The notes beneath the pieces were generated by a model, which was not told the DNA's origin, made no database searches, and worked only from the letters and a program-made list of their open reading frames with translations. The position numbers and the translations under genes are program-made. From the NCBI GenBank assembly GCA_010093605.1, contig MU004187.1, positions 1,496,018 through 1,560,017 of the forward strand: 64,000 nucleotides of DNA. The letters run 5' to 3'. Numbering within the stretch: position 1 is the first letter of the stretch; every line of letters begins with the position of its first letter. Origin of the DNA: Lophium mytilinum (taxonomy: Eukaryota). Positions 11,847 through 23,068 of the stretch are shown here, one piece after another.

Positions 11847-12565
11847 GGATGCCTTGAGCGAGGGGGCGGCAGGGGATTCGGGGATGAGCGGCAGGATGGG
11901 AGGAGGGGCACTATAAGGGGAAGGGCAAATTCTCGAATCTCGTCGTGGCGAAGTTGAAGACGATGCGAATCGGAGCAGGAGGTAAGTTGGGCGTGTTTTG
12001 GGCTCGCGAAAAGGCTTATGAACATGTGCAAAAGTTTGAATTACCAGGCTCACGACTCGACACTCGGACTCGGACACACTTGGAACCAAGCAGATACTTC
12101 TGAGGTCTCTTCTCATTTGAAGGATACGTCTTTGGTGGGTAGGTCTTGGCAGGCTCGAAAACGTTGGCTTTCCACTGCTTCTAGAAGTCCTCTAGTATTG
12201 CCAATTGGCCTGATCTCGGGGTTGGCGGCTAAGGACATGGTTTTGAAGGTGTAAATAAGACTCCTTCTGAGGTAGATGCCTACTGTGTTTTGAGCAGAAC
12301 ATGACTGCAAACCTCCAAGATTCCAAGATTTAGCGCCTACGTAAATGGCAACTGACACCTACAAGCATGTACGGAGCTAATTTGATGAAACTTCATGTGC
12401 CCTAAACCTCGAGTACTATAGTATTGAGCATTGTTTATATATCACGTGATCTGTGCACGTCCCTTCAGGCACTACCTAACGTCCGCCATAATCCTTCTCA
12501 TCTTTAATATCCCATTACGCCACGAACATGGAGTAGTTCTGATTGAACCCTTTGAAGGAGCCAAG

Positions 12566-14872
12566 ATGGTGGAAGAGATGGATAACGAGTTTGCGTCTCC
12601 GAGGGGCACAAAGAGAACCGCCGACGAAGCACAGCTCCCGGAAGCTCCCAGAAGGATCAAAGCGCTGTCCCAAGACGTCGTCAACAAAATCGCCGCCGGC
12701 GAAATTATAGTCGCGCCCGTCCACGCGCTAAAGGAGCTGATTGAGAATGCGGTTGATGCTGGATCCACCGGGCTTGAGATTGTGATCAAAGATGGCGGGT
12801 TGAAATTGCTTCAGATTACAGACAATGGGAGTGGTATTGATGTAAGTCTTGTCTTCGAACGTATGAGAGCCATTTATTGATATGTGAATAGCGAGAGGAT
12901 TTAGCGATTCTATGCGAGCGCTTCACGACTTCGAAGCTTAAGGCTTTCGAGGATTTGACTTCGATTGGGACGTATGGATTCCGTGGCGAAGCGTTAGCCA
13001 GTATCAGTCACATAGCTCATCTCAGCGTTACCACCAAGACAAATGGTTCAAGCTGTGCATGGCGTGCTCATTACGGGGATGGGAAACTAGTTCCATCTAA
13101 GCCAGGCCAGACTGCGGAGCCGAAGCCCACTGCTGGGCGGGGAGGCACTCAGATTACAGTGAGTAGCTTACTGACACAAAGTTGCGAGCAAAGCTTATTC
13201 TTCGCAGGTCGAAGACCTCTTCTACAATGTCCCATCGCGCCGGCGTGCCTTTAGATCTGCCAGCGAGGAGTACGCCAAAATCCTAGATCTCGTGGGCCGG
13301 TATGCCGTCCACTGCGCTGGCGTGTCTTTCACATGCAAGAAGCACGGAGATTCAACGATGGGCATCTCTGTGCCTTCAAACGCTAGCACCGTTGACCGTA
13401 TACGACAAATCCACGGTAGCGGCGTTGCCAATGAACTCATTCAATTCAAAGCTTCCAATGACCGCTGGGGATTCAAGTCAGATGGGTGGGTCAGCAACGC
13501 GAATTATAGTGTCAAACGAACAACGCTGCTACTCTTCATCAATCATCGTTCGGTCGAGTCTTCAAACATCAAGAAAGCGGTTGAGCAGACCTATGCCACG
13601 TTTCTTCCCAAAGGGGGCCACCCGTTCATCTATCTCAGCCTGGAAATTGATCCTCATCGCGTCGATGTCAACGTACATCCCACCAAGCGCGAAGTCAACT
13701 TTCTCAACGAAGACGAAATCATTGAGATTATCTGTGACGAGATCAGAACGAGTCTAGGCAAGGTGGACACTAGCAGAGCTTTTATGACACAAAGCCTCCT
13801 TCCTGGCGCGAAGATTCCTCTCATTTCAGCGTCCGGTGTTCTCTCAGGCGAAACTGATCCAGAGAGCCCAGGCGTTTCGACGCCGGTCGGGAAGTCTCAA
13901 AAGAAACCTGGTTCTAAGAACGCAACAAAGAAGCCATACGAGAACAACCTCGTTCGAACAGACGCTTCCGTACGGAAGATCACATCCATGCTCGTCCAAA
14001 CCCAGCATCCTTCCTCAGATGGAGCTTTTCAAGGTGATACTTCAGCCGTCGAAGAAATAGAGTATGAGGACTCTGAAAAAGAGATGACCCTCTGCCGTTT
14101 GACAACTATCAAAGAGCTTCGATCCGACGTCCGCGACGCCATGCACAACGAGCTCACCGATATCATCGCAGGCCATACGTTTGTCGGTGTGGTCGATGAG
14201 CGCAAACGTATTGCCGCCATTCAAGGCGGCATCAAGCTCTACCTCATCGACTACGGCATGTTGTGCAATGAGTTATTCTACCAAATCGGGCTCACCGACT
14301 TCGGAAACTTCGGCGCCATCCGCTTCAATCCTGTCCTCAATCTCCAAGAGCTCCTAGAGCTGGGCGCCGCGCACGAGAAAGACATGGCAGAGATTGACGA
14401 CGAAACTGACTGGGACGAAGTCGTCACCATGGTCCGTCAATGCCTGATTTCGCGTAGAGACATGCTCTCTGAGTATTTCTCGATTGAGATCTCAGAGGAG
14501 GGCGAGTTGTTGGCCATTCCCTTACTCATGAAGGGATATAAACCGTCTCTCACTAAGTTGCCCCAATTTCTGCTGCGTCTTGGGCCGTTTGTCGAATGGA
14601 AGGATGAAAAGGAATGTTTTCACTCGTTCCTGCGAGAGCTCGCGAGCTTTAATGTCCCAGAGAGTCTACCGCTGCCACGGACACCTGATACGGGTGATGG
14701 AGGTGTGGAGGATGCAGAGATCACGACCAGACGGAAACACCTCCTTAGGGCGATTGAGTATGTCATCTTTCCTGCTTTCAAGGCCAGGCTTGTGGCTACG
14801 AAAGGCCTGCTGCGTGGGGTCGTCGAAGTGGCTAATCTGCCGGGTCTGTATAGAGTCTTTGAGCGTTGTTGA
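12566..14872 (+). CDS. MLH1: DNA mismatch repair protein MutL homolog Mlh1
   Basis: Contains [49 protein letters not shown] and the C-terminal LYRVFERC. Introns at ~12842-12891 and ~13159-13208. Confidence 0.97.
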
Positions 14873-17142
14873 CCAAAACGGACACTGCTTAGACAGAGGC
14901 AGATAATGGAAACAGAGCGGATGATTGACGGACTACGATAAGCAACCATGTTGAAAATGTATAGTACGTAGTGGCGGCTATATAGTGCTGATGAGTGTTC
15001 AAGATAACTTACAACTTTGAACGGTTATCTTCTACTACTCCTCTCTATATTCCCTGAGGGTCGAGCATATATTCCCCTGCAATAAGAGCATTCCTCAAAG
15101 TCTACGTTGCGGCTTTACGATACATCTTCGACAGCCACGCAGCCTATCCCACCCTCAACTTTCTCTCACCGCTGTTTCCGACTCACTTATCCTTCACATG
15201 TAAACAACTCCCCAAGTCTAATATGTCCACCATGTATCTTCTACCTTTCGTTTCGAGCCCCGCAATCCGCTTCTTCCTCGTCGACAAGGTGGCAAAGTTC
15301 ACGGCTGCCTATAACGGTAATACTCTACCCTCGCCTGACTCCGGAGCCCGCCGCGCTCGCCCTATCGTCTTCACTCCCGCCCATGTCCATGTAGGTTGCA
15401 TATATCCCATGCTTGGCCTTCCCGAGTTGAAACACTTTCATACCTAGCCGAGCTTGGGAACCCCTAGTCCTAGCAGGGACATGAAACACTTCCATATGCA
15501 GTCAACACCACCAGTCACACTTTACTACAACATCACAAGAGTGATACAAGGTTGCATGCAATATACCAACACGGACCTTTGACGGGCGAGTCCATAGACC
15601 GGAGTTCAAGTGCTGAAACACATATCGTATTCCTTTCTCTTACTCACCGAGGAAGCTATCAACCCGGGGCTAAGTTTTCACCATTCACTACGTTCGCATT
15701 TACCAAGTTTATGGACCCAGGTTTCGGAAGGTCACAACTCCAAGATTTGCAAGACTTAGCACTTTCCTCGTTTGACCGACTCCCTCACGGGCGACTAATC
15801 TCATTCCCTAGAAGGACACTCTATATAACATCGGACTATACCTCGTATCTGTACACACACCATGATACCGTATTCATGAACTGGACGCAACTAGTTCATA
15901 AACGCGTTTCGCTAGCGCAAAGCTCGCGCTTCTAGGTGTACCTAAAGCTTTACAATACCTTTGTAGGCACGTCTCTCGTACACAGACAGCGTCGTTACCC
16001 AAGCTTTGACAGTCCAAGATATTGCTTCGTATGCACACCAGCATTTTGAAAAATTCCTCTTGCTCCCATTTTTGTTACCTGTGCTTACTTACGATACATC
16101 GCTCCGGGCCGTGCATCAATAAATTTCGTCTAGTGTTTTCTCCTCTGTGTAGCACCGCGCGGCGTTCACCCGCACGCGCCACGTCCATCCCAATAGCCTA
16201 GACCCACCTATGCACGGTTTCCAATAAGTCGAACGCGACACCATAAACGCTAGATACATGCCAGATACCCAGCTAGATTGGATAACAGTACCCGTGATCG
16301 TGGGGGGAGGGTCTTGCAAGATGGAAACTGCACGGGACAATCACAATCTCAATTTTATTGAAAAATGATAACAAGCTTCTGCTTGACATTGGTAGCTCCG
16401 AATCGTAGCATATGTACCATAGGTCACTAATAAGCATGGGATAATCACGGGTGTGAAGTTTCGCCCACTTCGCCGCCGCCGCCGACGCCTTCGATAGACA
16501 CCACTCACTCCGATAAGCCGAACGCCCCACGGTGTGGCGATGGCGATGCGCCTCCAACCCACCGTCTTACCCCACCCACAGCTTCTAGAAGACGCCGCGC
16601 CTTCGAGAACGGTTCCGTTCGTCCCTTCCTCGGTATGTCCGCCGCCACAATGGTGGACGTGAATCGCAAAAGACGGAAAAGCAGCATTCTGGGGAGAGCC
16701 TGCTGGACATGATCGCGTGCACGGGTCGTGATGAATTTTTCGATCGTTGAAGGTAGTGAAACGAACCAATCCGATTGTGGTATGCCCCCTGTTCTTCACA
16801 TCCTGTCCGTTCCTGCCCGCTCCTATCCTGTCCTAGATTTCCCCCTTCACGTTCCCTTAGACCCTAAACAGAAAACAAAAAACCTAACCCGTTGGGAATA
16901 TAGCGCTTAAATCCAGATATCACCCAGAGGAATGAAAGATGATTAGACTCTAAACATTGACGGTCGTAGCGAGATGTGAGCAGACAGAAATACAGATGCG
17001 CCTAGCTGAGTTAAGCTGAGCTGCTAGAACGAAGGAGAACATGCGCATAAGATGGAAAGGGAATCTCAGATCCAATCTCCGCGGATTGAGAATGAGAAAG
17101 GGAAAAGTATAGATAGAGATATTGACATAGAGAGTAAAGAAT

Positions 17143-20100
17143 CTACATGATTCCCTTCAAACCGCGGAAACCGCCAGTCTTGGGCGCTTTGTCCTTCTTC
17201 TCGGCCTTTTCGGCTTTCTCTTTGATCTTCTTGCCGACGTTTTGTGCACCGCCTATGTCCATGTTAATGACTGTCCTTTCGAGTAGTAGATGAAGCAAAG
17301 TAGGACTTACCACGACCGTATACACGAACATCCGACTTCGGTACAACTTTTGCCTTCCTCCGCTCGGCACTACTGCCAGTTTCAACAGACCAGCTGCTCT
17401 TGCTACTCGAGTGTACTGTCTCGGGCTTATTGGGAGACTGGAAGGAGGCGTTGAGGGATGTCTCGTATGCAGCAGAGAGATCGTGGGTTGGCGTGATCGG
17501 ATCTTTGCCGTGCTTTTCTTGCTGCAGTGACTCAAGGCGGACAGGTCGGGCGGGGTAGTTGTAGTTTGGGGGGCTACTGGTCGAGTTTGGGGAGTTGTAC
17601 TCGTTGTAGTAGTCGTACTGTTGCTGAGGGTGCTCTGTTACTAAAGGACGCGTATAGCGCGGATTTGTCGTGTTGCTGGCCGAAGGGGCGGCCTGACGAT
17701 ACTTATATGGAGCGTCTTCTTTAATGTCCATCATGCTAGACTGTCCCCGGGAGCTCATTGAGTTCATGCGCCCCACCTGGGCCTGGTTCTCTCCTTCAAG
17801 CTCGTGGAGGCGCATCTCTAATTCGGTGTACTGGTCTAGTAGGCGATAGTGTGTCTTCTTCAGCTTGTCCATCTTGGCATTGCTCGCAGCCATTGTCGAG
17901 TCAAGCATCTGCTGCACGGATCTTGGAAGTTGGCCTGGTTGGGTAGCTCCTTGTGCTTGGGCCTGTGCCTGTGATGTTTGAAGTCGACTCTCGAGGTCCA
18001 AGATCCTGCGTTCGAATGTCTTCCTAGACCGCTCCCGCTCCACGTCCCTGCTATTGAGTTTCAGATTCGCAATCTCGAGATCACTACGCAGACTATCGCG
18101 TTCCATCCTGGTCGGCTCTAATTCGGCATTGACCCCTTGTAGCTTTTGTACCTTCTCTTTCAAGGCGTCCACCTCTCGCTGTAGATTCTCCAGCTGTTCG
18201 AGATCCAACTCCATCGACTTTAGCTTTTGCTTAGCGTGGAATTCCCGTGCCTCGCTCTCGACGACCAGTCTTCGCAACCGATCACAGTCTTTCTGTGCCT
18301 TCTGCATATCCACTCGCATGGACTCCTCGTCGGAGTGCCAAGTCTTTGACTCCTCCCTGTAAGAGCGAACTTTCGAGCTGAGCTCACTTTCCCACTTCTT
18401 CGATTGGCTTCGCCCTGTCTGCGTCTCTTTCTTGAGCTGCGCGTACAGCTCGTTTGCTTTCGCAAGCTTTGCTTTTAGCGTCCTGTTGCTGTTGATCAGA
18501 TTTTGTGTTTCTGCTTCCACGGTCGCTTCTTTAATATGCTTTCGCTGTAACTGGCCAATGTGAGACAGGTGCTGCAGTTTTAGGTATCGCTCAAAGTTCA
18601 GGTCATTTTTCAGTAGCATAATTTCACGCTGTAGAGACGCAACGCTCTGGCCGTGAACATCACCACGCGATGGAGACGTCGACAACTGGGTCTGCGTCAG
18701 GGTTTGTGCAAAGTTTTCCAGTCTAGGCGAAGGGGCCGTAGCGCTATGAGGAGCAGAGATGGTGCTGCCCTTGCGAAGATTCTGTGATGGCGGCTTCTTC
18801 AATCCTGTCTTGTTCTCCCAGTCGCTTATGTTGCTCAGAGGAGGTAGCGTGGGGCTGTCACCAACATCGCGAGGCTTGAGGATTGGCGAGGGTGGAATCG
18901 ACGATTTGTTCGCACTGGCGAAGGACTTTCGTGACGGTAGCTCGGGCTCATCGGACTCCTCGTTGCCAGACGGCGAGAACATTGTCGACTGCGTGTTTCG
19001 CCAGCTTGTACTAGGCTCGTCCTTCATCATCGAACCATCGTCGTCCAGGATGAATATGCCATTCTGAGGTACGTCCTCATTGCGAGAAGTCACGTTGAGC
19101 GGCGCAGGGATATCAGGCAGCTGGGGCGGAAGGTCAGGCAGTTTCGTGGTCGGCGGTGGGCCAGGGTCATCCAGCGACGACGAGACAGCTACACAAAGCT
19201 CCATGCACTCGGTGACCACGTCGGCGGGATCGCTCTTTAGCCATCGGTTGTCGCTGAGTTCGTCCTCGGGCGTGGTGTTGAACATATTGGGATGAAGAAG
19301 ATGCACCTGCCGAAATGGGTCAGTCCGACTCCGGATCAGATCCTGGTCGAACTCAAAGTCGTCGGCGCCCGGAAATTCGACAGTCTTGAGATACTTTCGG
19401 GGCTTCCTAATGTAACTCATGAAGTTGAGAGGAAAGAGCCCGTACAGGAAGGTGAAGTAGTGCAGCAGGCCAGGGGCGGTGCTCTCTGCCGAGTCGAAAG
19501 ATCGATCCATCTTTTCCCATCCAGGCTCGGTCTCATGAGAGCTTTGGAGATGGCCGCTTGCAGACGACGACGACGACAATATGTCGCTCGCCCTGCAGAG
19601 AACTGTGATGGTCTCTTCGGGCAGCCGGGGCAGCATCTTCTCTAGCCTAGTAGCATCTTCCTGTTTCTTCTGTTCTGCCTCAGCTTTCTCGAACTGGTCC
19701 CAACATAGAAGCCTGCTATAGATTAAGAAAAACTTGCTGAGGTGGAGGTCGGTAGTCAGTAAGCTAGTGATGTGCGGCAGGAACATGATCAGGACTGTCA
19801 GGGACAGTTCAATCACGGTAGCGGATGTGTCCACCATGAGGCAGGTCTCGAGGTGCTGGATCAGCTGTGTTTCGAGGACGAGATAGAGATGCGGTGGCTG
19901 AACGCGCACGAATGCGCTCAGGAGATTCAGAGCTTGGGCACGCGTGTCTTTCTTGACAAACAGTGCATCGAGAGCGACAAGAAGCTCCTAGTATAATGTT
20001 AGACTTTGCATATAATGCCGCTGGACACGTGCTTACCTTTGGCTTCCTCCGCCCGAATGCCACCACTTGGGACTCAAGTTCGTGAGCGATGAACTCATCC

Positions 20101-20701
20101 TCAGGCGATACACAGTCCTCGTCCGCCGACGGTATCTTCGTCCGCGCAAGATAGGCATCTAGCAGCTTCATGGTGAAGTGTGCAGACAGACGCGACCCCT
20201 CCCCGTCCTTGTCATCGTCGGCGTCGAATACCAACAAATCCTGCAGGAATGCCCGCGCATCCTCAATCTCGTCCCGCTTGTGTCCCAGCGCGTCAATTGT
20301 AGGCCGTATTACCAGAGTCCACCACTCGTCCAGCCGGCTCTCTCCGCGGATGGCGGGTCGTAGCAGTCGCAGAGCGCCCAGAAACGGGCCATGCCTTTCG
20401 GGAACGTCGGCGACACATTTCTTGTAGAGCGGGAGCAGTTCATCCTGCAGTCGCTGCGAGTCGTGGTCGCTGATGTCGTGGTAGTGCTCCAGAAAGGCCT
20501 CGATGGTCTGCTGGAGGTCTTCGGGCAATGGGTAGGGCGTCGTCGGGGCGGAGAAATTGGCTTTCAATGAGGCCGTCAAGGCACTCAACGTCCTGATATC
20601 CGGTCAGCGTCTGCAGCAAGATTGCACGTGCAAGACCACACTGACAGCCCAATGTCTCGGGCGCAGCAGAGGCTGAAGGGGGAGTCTTACCCTGAGGACA
20701 T
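17143..20701 (-). CDS. TSC1: hamartin / tuberous sclerosis 1 homolog
   Basis: ATG at 20701 (MSSG|TLSALT). Contains QPPHLYLVLET, YFTFLYGLFPLNF and the LLKNDLNFERYLKLQHLSHIGQL coiled coil. The last exon is GRG|GAQNVGKK...GIM*. Confidence 0.9.
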
Positions 20702-23068
20702 GTTCAATGGCGACGGTCAGCTTCTCGAGCTGCTTCGGCGGTCTCACTCTCGTCGCAGCGTCGACGCCCGGAGAGGCAGTTCGGTGGAGTCTTTAGCGAT
20801 GACGGCAGCTTGGTGAGGTGCAGACACGAATGGCACTACTACTGGGCCAGGGTCACGCCGTGGGCCATTGGCGTCTTGACAGAGAGGTACTACTGATGGA
20901 GGCCGAGCCCGTGGGGGGGGTTGTCTCATTGATATGTACTATTCACAACTCGGTGTTGTCTGGGGCGTCGGCCGCGACGGGCTGCTGAGACTGCTCCTTC
21001 TGCGGCCCCTCGTTTGTGCCCGTCTGCCTGTTTCGACTACTGGGCCCAAAAGTAAGCACATATTATGTGCGAGGGAGCAAGTCGGCCGTTACCATTGTGT
21101 GGGTTGGTATCCCGCTAGGATACCTCGTAGTGTGGGAGTCCCCTGCACGCTGCCCATCAACGCCACCACGGTGCAATGATATGGGAGGCGGAACGCGAAT
21201 TGCTTTTCTCTCCCCCCGGCGCTCCCTTCAGCACCAACCAGCCTAGCTACGGATATCTCCCCTGCTCGCTCACTGCGCGGATATTATGGCGACAGTGGGT
21301 GGATTAGCCGTCGCTTCAGCCGCCTCCTGTATGGTATAGAACTCTCCCAATCCGCTATCGAACCACCCTAAACCATCATCGATCTGCCCCTCGAGGCCTC
21401 GAAGCAGCCGCGGCGGATACCTGCTCGCTGCCGTGCCTGGCCTGACAGCATCCAGGGCCCCCTTTCTCGTCCCCGGATCGCTGCAGCAAGCCGCGCGCGG
21501 AGGTTGTTTGCATGCGTTCAACACTGCAGGCACAATGCAGGCCACAGCGCAGCCTTCCCGTTGGTCGCGTTTCGAGTGGCGTCGGCTGCAGTTACACAAT
21601 CTCAGCACCTGGGGACGCCTAGGAGACACCTGGGAGACGCCCTGGACACGGCACTGAGGCTTGTCTCGGCCAGGCACGACCGCACTGCATTCCCCCACGA
21701 GCTTCTTTAGCATGTGGCTGCAGCAGCCCTCCCCCCAAAGTCCGCGGGGTGCAAGGAGCCGGGTACGCTATCAGAGCCAAGAGCAGAGAGCGTTGAAGAA
21801 ACGGCCGCTTGGGCCGAATAATTATGGGGACCGACGGAGCGCCTCAATGGCTTACTGCTGACTTTGTCAATACTGTGCAGTACGCGCTCGTGTACGGAAA
21901 TCCGGTCGGATATTGCACGCTATTGGATCCTATGCCCGGTACATATCCTACAAAGGCTATTGTCAAATCACTTATCCGCGCGATTGACGGGGACAAGCCC
22001 GATTGTGTCTTAGGCGGCATGCCGTCCGTTCCTATCGCATTCGGTCCGTCTCAAGGAATAAGGAGCTCTCTGCGACGCTCTTTCGTCGACTCAAACACCC
22101 ATGGCCAACAGATACGCCTCGTAGACGTTCTGCCAATGTTACATGTGGTGCACAAGTTCAAGACTGACTCTCCACTCGGGGAAAAGCGTGCAGGCAAGAC
22201 GCCTCGCTCGCATCACCACTGCACAGAACACGAAAGAGGAATTGACTCTCCAATGGAACGTAAGTGAGGTAAGGAAACATCTGGCCAGCTACAGAGCCAC
22301 CGCCCATAGAGCAGGTATCACTTTGGAGACGGGCGGCCGCCGAGCTTGCCGTGCATGCCCCGTACCTGCATGCCATTCTGTTGATTGGTGCGTTCTGACT
22401 CCCACCCAGCCGTTGGGCGGCGGCGAAGCTATGACAACTATCACCAAGTATTTCGTGGGACAGCATCCTTCGAACGGGTCGGCTTAGACTCAAAGGTTTT
22501 GTGGTCTATCAACAGTCTTGCTACAACTCGGCGAATTACCGCGGAAGCAGAACCGACTAGTCTTGCCTGATGCGCACCAGGCAGGTGGTGCAGACCTTGC
22601 GTTCATCCGGATCGTCGGTGGATTTAAAGTTGACATCTCAGCCTTGCAGATCTTATTCTGACACAATGGTGTGCGTCGCTTGGCTCAGACAGGAATCAGT
22701 TGGACGATCGCATATGTATGTAGGTAGGAATAGTAGGTAGTTTGCAGTAATTCATATCTCGAGATACCCTCTAGTTATCAGTGAGTGTTTGCCCGCAGCG
22801 CGCGCATCGTGGGAGGGTAGTACAGTGCAAATCCGGCCAATCCAGCGATCGCAACAATTTACGTCAAAACCCCAATCAGAACACCACGGGTCTGCCGTAT
22901 CTGGCATAGCGCTCCCCACGCTTGAGATCAGACATTCGAAGCGTCAAGGCTGGGGGCGGACATTCGCAGGAGCCACAGTCTGCCACACCACCACCACGCG
23001 CACGGATGACAGATATCCGCTAAACGCGGCCCGGTTGACGCAACATCACTTGGACCCTGATTTCAACA

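Noticed and set aside
16938..17010. Possible C/D snoRNA (ATGATTA...CTGA)
   Set aside because: The C box is imperfect and there is no terminal stem or convincing rRNA guide; it would need snoscan or Rfam support.
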